DNA from: a virus | Taxonomy: Duplodnaviria; Caudoviricetes | IMG/VR virus record: IMGVR_UViG_3300032225_000733 | Span: 1 to 29,354 of that record | DNA length: 29,354 nucleotides | Direction: 5' to 3' (one strand) | Program-made: the position numbers and the translations under genes | In this document: piece by piece, positions 17,072-23,342 of the stretch | Numbering within the stretch: position 1 is the stretch's first letter | How the letters are laid out: every line of letters starts with the position of its first letter | The notes under the pieces: model-generated | Databases searched by the model: none | Told to the model about the DNA's origin: nothing | What the model saw: the letters and a program-made list of their open reading frames with translations, nothing else

Positions 17072-17974
17072 TTATCCTTTGATTAAGAATCTGCGGCTAC
17101 CAGCCTTTTGAACAACAAACTTGTCGTAGATGTCTGGCATGGCTGACTGGAACAGCTTGCTGTCAAAGCCCATCGTAGGCTTGGCAGACTTCCATGTGGC
17201 GAGGATTGCACCGTCGATAGCTACCAGGCTGTCAGCATCTTGCATATAGCCTTGGATGAGGGTCTGTACCTGCTCTTCTTGCTTCTCAAGTTCCTTGATC
17301 TTGGCCTTGAGATCAAAGAGCATTGCACAGGCTTGCTCAACGCTTTGGGAGGCCATTTTTGCTGTGCCGGATACAGATGCAGGGTAGAGCAGTTTTGTCT
17401 GCTCTAAGTCCTCTGGCGGCAGTGTTGTGCCGTTTTGCACATGCGTCCAGATTTCTGACAAGGTGCGGATATGTTCTGCCTTCATCTGGTCAGTGACTTC
17501 GACAGGGATGATGACCAGTTCCTGACCACCAAAGAGGACAGCCAGGTAAACCTTGGAGACACCGACAACTGTTGCTTCGTGGATACACTGGGCAAGATCA
17601 GCGGCTGGCATCATGCCTGTGTCTGCATCGTACTTAGATCGCACGGCTGCGTTGTAGTTTTTGCACTCGACCAGGATGCGGTGAATATCTTCATAGCCAC
17701 CAAAGTCAACGTGGGTCTTTAGCCAATCATGTTCTGGGTGCGTGTAGGCTTCCTCATACTTGGTGAGCAGGATGTTTAAACGCTTCTCTGCCAGTTGACC
17801 GATGACCGGCTCCATGACATGACCCATCTGGACAGATTCTATGCCGGACAGATCGGGGATGGGCATCTTGCCGAGTTTGGTGAGAATGACTTCGTTGGCC
17901 TTGCCGGATGCAATCCTGCGAGCGTCACCACTCCACATGGCAGAGTTACGGGTTTCTGGGGTGAAATCACTCAT
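17072..17974 (-). CDS. YqaJ-like (lambda exo family) viral recombinase exonuclease
   Basis: Start MSDFTPETR after AGGAGA. Motifs R...WSGDA, GHVMEPVI, HPEHDWL..HVDF, VECKN, Q..HE..V.G....YLAVLFGG and C-terminal SRRFLIK. Confidence 0.88.
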   Translation of the reverse strand: MSDFTPETRNSAMWSGDARRIASGKANEVILTKLGKMPIPDLSGIESVQMGHVMEPVIGQLAEKRLNILLTKYEEAYTHPEHDWLKTHVDFGGYEDIHRILVECKNYNAAVRSKYDADTGMMPAADLAQCIHEATVVGVSKVYLAVLFGGQELVIIPVEVTDQMKAEHIRTLSEIWTHVQNGTTLPPEDLEQTKLLYPASVSGTAKMASQSVEQACAMLFDLKAKIKELEKQEEQVQTLIQGYMQDADSLVAIDGAILATWKSAKPTMGFDSKLFQSAMPDIYDKFVVQKAGSRRFLIKG

Positions 17975-18230
17975 GGCGAATGTCTCCTGCGAGCAGTTCT
18001 GCCTCTTCTTCCACAGAGAGGGGCGAGGGGATAGGGGCATAGTGATCGCCTGTGGGTTTGCAGTTACCGTGTGCTCGCCGTTCATGCTCGGCAAAGGGTA
18101 GCTCTACGATGGGTTTGGGGTCACCAGATACAAGGCTTATAGGGCGCTCATAGCCACAACGGGACATTTCTAAGTTGTGGGGTGCAGCTTCAGAGAGAAG
18201 CATGTGGATACAGTTTTTACAGAGTTTCAT
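17967..18230 (-). CDS. hypothetical Cys-rich protein
   Basis: MKLCKNCIH...C...SLVSG...ERR..G.C.P.G after leader AAGGAAGTTATCC. Confidence 0.7.
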   Translation of the reverse strand: MKLCKNCIHMLLSEAAPHNLEMSRCGYERPISLVSGDPKPIVELPFAEHERRAHGNCKPTGDHYAPIPSPLSVEEEAELLAGDIRHE

Positions 18231-18272
18231 GGATAACTTCCTTTTCGGTTGATGCACAAGATTGTGCGAGAG

Positions 18273-18282
18273 AATGATAACA
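18273..18282 (-). promoter_or_regulatory. putative extended -10 promoter for the recombination operon
   Basis: Minus strand TG-T-TATCAT about 45 nt upstream of ATG18230. Confidence 0.4.
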
Positions 18283-18285
18283 CTA

Positions 18286-18465
18286 TTACGACATTGTGTA
18301 TTTCTTGATCTTCTTTTCCTCCTTGGTTGTGTTTGTTTGTTTACTGGGGTCTGTGTATGCACCCAGTTTGCCTAGTACTTCACGCCAGGCTTTCTGGGCA
18401 GGGATGCAAATCTTCTCTCCAGCTTCTTCTCTGGCTTTTAGTTTGAATGCCCATTCTTTACTCAT
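18286..18465 (-). CDS. small hypothetical protein (59 aa, not in ORF track)
   Basis: MSKEWAFKLKAREEAGEKICIPAQKAWREVLG... ATGA overlap with upstream mini-ORF. WA..LK.RE..GE......Q..WRE.L is a recurrent phage motif. Confidence 0.6.
   Translation of the reverse strand: MSKEWAFKLKAREEAGEKICIPAQKAWREVLGKLGAYTDPSKQTNTTKEEKKIKKYTMS
18351..18366. promoter_or_regulatory. putative LexA (SOS) box
   Basis: CTGTGTATGCACCCAG = CTG-N10-CAG, about 70 nt upstream of the putative recombination-operon -10. Confidence 0.45.
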
Positions 18466-18524
18466 TGGGACTCCCTGTGTAGCTTGGCGAGGTTGTGTCT
18501 CTTTCTGATTGCTCTGACCTTCAT
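18462..18524 (-). CDS. 20-aa basic mini-ORF
   Basis: MKVRAIRKRHNLAKLHRESQ*. GAAAGGA upstream. Stop is coupled (ATGA) to the next gene. Confidence 0.4.
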   Translation of the reverse strand: MKVRAIRKRHNLAKLHRESQ

Positions 18525-18525
18525 T

Positions 18526-18823
18526 TCACATTCCTTTCGGCAATACAAGGGCTACGATAGGGATGATGATTAGTAGCATCCCTACTTTCACCCTGTTGGG
18601 TGTCAGCATTGGGGTTTGACCCTTAATGCCGTCTACTGCTTTATTTATCGACCCAGAGAATTTGTCTCTGCAACAATCCATCAGCCTATTTAGTCGTTTA
18701 TCACTTGGGGTAGAACCCTCGTGCAGCCGTCCCCCTTGGGTCAAGCTGATCCGCTTTCCTCCCTCGCTGCCACAGACATGGGCACTTAATATCGCTAGGG
18801 GTGCGGTTGACGTGAAAGGGCAT
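18526..18823. other. structured non-coding tract (hairpin array)
   Basis: Inverted repeats at 18558-18584, 18589-18602, 18606-18629, 18654-18670 and 18708-18718. No convincing protein. Confidence 0.5.
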
Positions 18824-18925
18824 AAAAAAAGCCACTTAGCTCTACCCTCGGTGGAAACCCAGAGGTAAAAACCAAGGGCGAGAGTAGAATTAAGTGGCCT
18901 CAATTGATTGCTTTCCACGGCAACG
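18824..18925 (-). ncRNA. putative ~100-nt structured leader/small RNA ending in an intrinsic terminator
   Basis: 5' hairpin GUUGC-CGUGGAAA-GCAAU. 20-bp stem GCCACUUAAUUCUACUCUCG/CGAGGGUAGAGCUAAGUGGC with two G-U pairs and one mismatch, followed by U7. Loop UUUCCAC is complementary to GUGGAAA. Confidence 0.6.
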
Positions 18926-18931
18926 GGATAG

Positions 18932-18961
18932 ATATTAACTCAGGATTAGAAGTACTGTCAA
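18932..18961 (-). promoter_or_regulatory. sigma70-type promoter
   Basis: Minus strand TTGACA (18956-18961), 18-nt spacer, TAATAT (18932-18937). Predicted TSS ~18925 coincides with the 5' hairpin. Confidence 0.65.
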
Positions 18962-19108
18962 GAAACAAACCACAAAAAACCCTAAGAGATATAAGACTAC
19001 TTCATGCAAGGGCATGGGCTTTTGCCACTGGGGTGCTTCTGGGAATGCTTCCATCAAAGTCCTTGGAAACTGTTTAAACGTGTCGTCGTGGTGTTTGAAT
19101 TTGATCAT
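18935..19108 (-). CDS. small membrane protein (57 aa, not in ORF track)
   Basis: MIKFKHHDDTFKQFPRTLMEAFP...VVLYLLGFFVVCFLTVLLILS*. PRTL.EAF motif and C-terminal TM. ATGA overlap and AGGAG SD. Confidence 0.65.
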   Translation of the reverse strand: MIKFKHHDDTFKQFPRTLMEAFPEAPQWQKPMPLHEVVLYLLGFFVVCFLTVLLILS

Positions 19109-19329
19109 GCTGTTTGCTCCTGGTTAGATTGTTTACGGGTCTTGCGTACTTTATCGGCAACCATCTTGCGAATCAGTAGGGACTGGCTGCACCTATGCGA
19201 GGGTACAACCCTAAACAACATCACGGGGTGATCTGGTCTGGTTGCTAGATTCTCTGGCAGTTGCCATAAGTCTTTAAGCACTGCAAAGGTCTTGCAATGC
19301 ACGTTATAAACTGTTTGATATGCACTCAT
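19105..19329 (-). CDS. hypothetical protein
   Basis: 74 aa. Leader AAGGTGACAGC ATG. Confidence 0.55.
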   Translation of the reverse strand: MSAYQTVYNVHCKTFAVLKDLWQLPENLATRPDHPVMLFRVVPSHRCSQSLLIRKMVADKVRKTRKQSNQEQTA

Positions 19330-19338
19330 GCTGTCACC

Positions 19339-19593
19339 TTATCCTTTCACAAACACGTGGCAATACCCTGCATTGTTAGGCAATGAACCTTGGGCTAATT
19401 TGCCGTAGTGGTCATCGTCCCATCCCAAGTGTTCGACCAGCTTATACGCTGCGTCTAGGTGTGTTCCTGCATCGTCTTTGTCGTATGTGTAGGGGACAAT
19501 GACAGCATCAGCATCACACCAGGCTTTTATACGTGCGCCTCTGTGGTCTGTTGCTGGCATGTATTTGGTTTGTATTGCTTGATAGGTTTTCAT
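19339..19593 (-). CDS. conserved phage early hypothetical protein
   Basis: MKTYQAIQTKYMPATDHRGARIKA matches the recurrent QAI.TKY..PT..RG.RIKA family. Leader AGGAGAGTTATCC. Confidence 0.75.
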   Translation of the reverse strand: MKTYQAIQTKYMPATDHRGARIKAWCDADAVIVPYTYDKDDAGTHLDAAYKLVEHLGWDDDHYGKLAQGSLPNNAGYCHVFVKG

Positions 19594-19672
19594 GGATAAC
19601 TCTCCTAGTTGGTTTTGACTGACAACATTATCAATCCACAAGCCCACATGATGAGCTTGTAGGTGACACTGT

Positions 19673-19837
19673 TTAAACGGTCTGTGCTTTGTTGTGTTGG
19701 TATTGCTGTTCTGCCCACTTGTCCACAATCATTACTTCATGATCGTATTCTGCTTGGGTGATCTTGCTTTGCATGAGTTGTGCGTCCAGTTTGTCTATTG
19801 CTCGCTCTACTATGATTTCAATTTGGGTTTCGGTCAT
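19673..19837 (-). CDS. hypothetical protein
   Basis: MTETQIEIIVERAIDKLDAQLM...ITQAEYD. Leader AAGGTGACATC. Confidence 0.65.
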   Translation of the reverse strand: MTETQIEIIVERAIDKLDAQLMQSKITQAEYDHEVMIVDKWAEQQYQHNKAQTV

Positions 19838-19848
19838 GATGTCACCTT

Positions 19849-20001
19849 TTAAATGAAAGATAAACCTGTAATTCGAAAGCATTTGCCCGAATCAGTTTCA
19901 ATATCAATAGTGCCGAATGGATGCACAGCAAGCACAGTTACTGCCTGTGGTTTGCCATACACGTGCAGTGTGATGCGTTGACCTACTTTTGGTTTGTTCA
20001 T
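19849..20001 (-). CDS. small hypothetical protein (50 aa, SH3-like; not in ORF track)
   Basis: MNKPKVGQRITLHVYGKPQAVTVLAVHPFGTIDIETDSGKCFRITGLSFI*. Leader AGGAGAGTTATCC. Confidence 0.7.
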   Translation of the reverse strand: MNKPKVGQRITLHVYGKPQAVTVLAVHPFGTIDIETDSGKCFRITGLSFI

Positions 20002-20045
20002 GGATAACTCTCCTTTGTGTGAATGATACGATTATATAACGATTA

Positions 20046-20073
20046 GGGGATACTGCCCGTTGACAATATCCCC
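20046..20073 (-). promoter_or_regulatory. intergenic hairpin next to a putative -10 (TATAAT at 20031-20036)
   Basis: Minus-strand GGGGAUAUUGUC / GGCAGUAUCCCC, a 12-bp stem with G-U pairs. Confidence 0.5.
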
Positions 20074-20083
20074 ATTCTTTTTT

Positions 20084-20266
20084 TTACTCTTTGCCCAATT
20101 CAATTGAAAGCTGTTTAAACACTGTCTTGCGATTGCCTTGATAACCCATTCGTTTCAATGCTTTGTAGCAGCCAGTAATTAGTCCTGTTTCAATTTCCAG
20201 CTTCAAACCTCTCCACAATGTGAGCATTCTGAATGCTTGGATGTTGTCCTGGCCTGTGATGATCAT
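20084..20266 (-). CDS. hypothetical protein
   Basis: MIITGQDNIQAFRMLTLWRGLKLEI... Leader AGGAGAGTTAACC. Confidence 0.7.
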   Translation of the reverse strand: MIITGQDNIQAFRMLTLWRGLKLEIETGLITGCYKALKRMGYQGNRKTVFKQLSIELGKE

Positions 20267-20346
20267 GGTTAACTCTCCTATTGATTGATTGAAATTGATT
20301 GTGCGAATCACAATCCAGCAGGCCACTGTCACTGGCCTACTAGGTG

Positions 20347-20913
20347 TTACTCTGCCTGCATCATGCCGTGTTCTGGGCAGTGTGGCGCACCCATCTCATC
20401 CAGCCACTTGCCAGCCACTCGCACGGTATAACCACATTCGGTGCAGTAGCATTTCAGCATTCTGGTTGTCTGCTTCTTTTGTGCGTTTGAGGGGATAAGA
20501 TCGGCGTGAGGATATTGGCCTAGGCGCTCGATCACTGGCGTTGCCCATTCGATAAACTTAGGGCCAGCGATAGTGGCTGTCATCTTGCCCTCGAGACCGA
20601 TAGCAGTAGCAGTGCGTTTAAACAGTTTACCGTGTCCATCACCGGGATGACATGCGTGAACCAGTTCATGCGCCAGTATGTCGAGCACTCGCATCGAATC
20701 ACTGATAGTAGGTGAGATAAAAATCTCAGCATGTTTGTCAGCAGATGCCTTAGCAGACCAGCATTCACCAATACGTCGATTCTTGTTTGACAATGCTGAT
20801 TTACTTGGAAAACCACAGCTAGAGCGCACTTCTAAGGGCAGATCAACGCCATGCTGTTTAAACAGACTTCTCAATTCATCTGTTGCATTTGATAACCATT
20901 CTTCTCGTTTCAT
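20347..20913 (-). CDS. SprT-like zinc metalloprotease-domain protein with C-terminal Zn ribbon
   Basis: IGECW, LAHELVHA (HExxH), HGKLFK and C-terminal KC.C.ECGY.VR....W....GAP.CP. Confidence 0.75.
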   Translation of the reverse strand: MKREEWLSNATDELRSLFKQHGVDLPLEVRSSCGFPSKSALSNKNRRIGECWSAKASADKHAEIFISPTISDSMRVLDILAHELVHACHPGDGHGKLFKRTATAIGLEGKMTATIAGPKFIEWATPVIERLGQYPHADLIPSNAQKKQTTRMLKCYCTECGYTVRVAGKWLDEMGAPHCPEHGMMQAE

Positions 20914-21054
20914 GAGTAACTCCTCTTGATTGTCGATAGCACTATTGCTAACGATGAGTATATAACGTGATAGACCCTAGATGCGTTTACACGGTTTACA
21001 ATTTATTTTGTTGTAATTTTACCAATGTAAGTTTCTGTAAGGGTTATACTATTA

Positions 21055-21074
21055 TACTGGTTTTGCATACAGTA
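21055..21074. promoter_or_regulatory. LexA (SOS) box
   Basis: TACTGGTTTTGCATACAGTA = TACTG-N10-CAGTA. Abuts/overlaps a minus-strand TATAAT (21051-21056) and plus-strand TATACT hexamers in the divergent intergenic region. Confidence 0.7.
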
Positions 21075-21117
21075 TCGTTTATATCATGCTATTGACTTCA
21101 TAGTCATTAATTGATAG

Positions 21118-21126
21118 TTATCCACA
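21118..21126 (+). promoter_or_regulatory. DnaA box (perfect consensus)
   Basis: TTATCCACA in an AT-rich non-coding region. Single copy. Confidence 0.45.
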
Positions 21127-21375
21127 ATGGTCAACATGGGGTAAGGATGAACGTCAATCACCTTAAGCTCACAGTAGATAAGCATAATCCATGCCTGCTA
21201 GGGCGCTATGTGATGCTATACGTGTATAGACCGCAAATCCCGTAATGGATTGGCCGAGTGAATGGGATGTCAGCTCTATGTGGTGTGACCCCCACATTGC
21301 TCCCACCCCCAAAAAAAATACTGGTATTGGCGGTATGTGTTAATATCTGTACATGTGTGTATTAAGGGATAGACC

Positions 21376-21594
21376 ATGTTAGAGATTACTATAGAGAAGA
21401 GAGTACCTATACCGGCGTTACGTAAGGTGTATGCGTATCCTTATGAGAAGATGGCTGTGGGGGATAGCTTTACTGTTCCTTTGTCGGACAGGGCTAAGGT
21501 ACTGAATGCCAACTGGAGGGCTGGTAAGCGGTTGTTGATAAAGCTATCTGCCAAGACCCAGGGGGATGTGGTGCGTACTTGGCGTATTGAATGA
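21376..21594 (+). CDS. small putative DNA-binding protein
   Basis: IEK.VPIP......YPYEKMAVGDSF.VP...VRTWRI is a recurrent phage family. AAGGG SD. Confidence 0.7.
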   Translation: MLEITIEKRVPIPALRKVYAYPYEKMAVGDSFTVPLSDRAKVLNANWRAGKRLLIKLSAKTQGDVVRTWRIE

Positions 21595-23342
21595 AGTTTG
21601 ATCTAGACCGGTTCTATCGCTTCTGTGCTCAACTCAAGATTGAGTCTAAGGAAGACGGTTTGATTCCTATGGTCAAGCCCTTGGGGACTCAGACGTATGT
21701 GATGAATGAGATAGCAAAGGGGTTAGACGATGACATTCACTTCTTCGTTATTCTCAAGGGTCGGCAGTTGGGTATCACAACCATATCACTGGCTCTTGAC
21801 CTCTACTGGCAATTTACTCACCCCGGATGGCAGGGTACGCTGGTGGCGGATACAGAAGAGAACAGAGACATGTTTCGTTCAACACTGGGGATGTATATGG
21901 AAGGACTTCCCAAAGAGTTCAAGATTCCCTTGGTGGCCCATAACCGTAACCAGATGGTACTCAAGAACAGAAGCCGCATCTTTTACCAGATTGCTGGAAA
22001 TAAGTCTCGTCTGGGGCAGGGTAAAGCTATTACTTATCTTCACGGCACAGAAACAGCCTCCTGGGGTAATGAAGAAGGACTTGCATCCCTTTTAGCTTCT
22101 CTTGCTGAAAAGAACCCAGAACGCCTGTACATGTTTGAAAGCACCGCCCAAGGTTTCAACATGTTCCACGACATGTACAAGACCGCCAAGTTTGCCAAAA
22201 CACAGAAGGCCATCTTCTGCGGCTGGTGGCGTAATGAGTACTACATGGTTGATGCTGACTCATCTATGTACAAAGTCTACTGGGATGGCAAACTGACAGG
22301 TGAAGAGAAAGAGTGGACAAAAGATATTAAGAAGCTGTACGGCGTAGAGATCAACTCTCGCCAAATGGCGTGGTGGCGCTGGAAGATGGCAGAAGGTATT
22401 AAGGACGAAAGCCTGATGTACCAAGAGTTTCCACCCACTGAAGACTACGCATTTGTGATGACGGGGACTAGCTTCTTCTCAAACAGCCGCTGTACAGATG
22501 CAGCCAAGGTTGCCAAGAAGACAGTACCCGACTGTTATCGCTATACCTTTGGCCAACACTTCCAAGATACACAAGTAATCCGTTCAACAGAACGACTGGG
22601 GACACTGCGTATCTGGGAAGAACCAGACGATAAGGGATACTATGTTATTGGCGCTGACCCTGCTTACGGCTCTTCTGATTGGGCTGATCGCTTTTGTATA
22701 CAGGTGTATCGTTGCTATGCTGATGGACTAGACCAGGTAGCAGAGTTTGCAACCGCTGAGATGAACACCTACCAGTTTGCGTGGGTCATCGCCCATCTTG
22801 CAGGTGCATATAAAAACTCAACCATGAACCTGGAAGTCAACGGCCCTGGACAAAACGTCATTGCCGAGATCAGGCGGCTGCGAACATTGGCAACCTCCAT
22901 GACCAACCAAATGGGACGGGACTTGCGAGATGTGCTGGGCAGTATGCAAAATTACATCTGGCGCAAGATGGACAACATGGGCGGCCTATCTAACAGCATA
23001 GGTTTCATGACCACCCACCAAACAAAAGAGCGCATGATGAACTACATGAAAGACTTCTTTGAGCGTGGGATGATGAATGTCTACAGCATGGACTTGCTGG
23101 AAGAGATGAAGACCATCGTGCGTGAGGACGGATTCTTGGGAGCACCTGGGCGCAGCAAAGATGACCGTGTGATTGCTTCCGCACTGGCAACCGTGGCGTG
23201 GGCAGAGCAGGTACAGCCTAGACTCATTACCAACTACATCACCCGTGAAAAGCAAGCCAAAGACGCTGTGCTGCCAGAAAGTGACCTGTATGTGGGCAAG
23301 GTAGCAGCCAATTACTTGGCCAGAATAGGACTACGGCAATGA
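21591..23342 (+). CDS. terL: terminase large subunit
   Basis: Walker A ILKGRQLGITT, Walker B-like YLHGTE, coupling motif ESTAQG, nuclease IGADPA...D, LEVNGPG and C-terminal DDRVIA. Confidence 0.93.
   Translation: MKFDLDRFYRFCAQLKIESKEDGLIPMVKPLGTQTYVMNEIAKGLDDDIHFFVILKGRQLGITTISLALDLYWQFTHPGWQGTLVADTEENRDMFRSTLGMYMEGLPKEFKIPLVAHNRNQMVLKNRSRIFYQIAGNKSRLGQGKAITYLHGTETASWGNEEGLASLLASLAEKNPERLYMFESTAQGFNMFHDMYKTAKFAKTQKAIFCGWWRNEYYMVDADSSMYKVYWDGKLTGEEKEWTKDIKKLYGVEINSRQMAWWRWKMAEGIKDESLMYQEFPPTEDYAFVMTGTSFFSNSRCTDAAKVAKKTVPDCYRYTFGQHFQDTQVIRSTERLGTLRIWEEPDDKGYYVIGADPAYGSSDWADRFCIQVYRCYADGLDQVAEFATAEMNTYQFAWVIAHLAGAYKNSTMNLEVNGPGQNVIAEIRRLRTLATSMTNQMGRDLRDVLGSMQNYIWRKMDNMGGLSNSIGFMTTHQTKERMMNYMKDFFERGMMNVYSMDLLEEMKTIVREDGFLGAPGRSKDDRVIASALATVAWAEQVQPRLITNYITREKQAKDAVLPESDLYVGKVAANYLARIGLRQ

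Noticed and set aside
17975-18094. N-terminal extension of the YqaJ ORF in the track (similar over-long starts at 1295, 2958, 3161, 11447, 11877, 16128, 18362, 19728, 19882, 20332, 23706, 26856)
   Set aside because: Downstream starts have SD sequences or stop-start coupling, and most extensions overlap neighbouring genes.
18203-18211. DnaA-box-like GTATCCACA, and TTATCCATG within the repeated leaders
   Set aside because: One or two mismatches each, inside coding or RBS context. Insufficient to call.
18526-18918. 130-aa minus-strand ORF across the structured region
   Set aside because: It starts at a GTG in the hairpin loop about 7 nt from the predicted TSS with no SD, runs through a terminator and has no recognisable motif. 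Treated as non-coding but not formally excluded.
18228-20926. CRISPR-like or integron attC interpretation of the early-region repeats
   Set aside because: The repeats are 11-16 nt, irregularly spaced and separated by whole genes. No cas or integrase gene is present.
21148-21246. 32-codon ORF MNVNHLKLTVDK... in the control region
   Set aside because: Short, with poor SD spacing and no motif. Likely chance.
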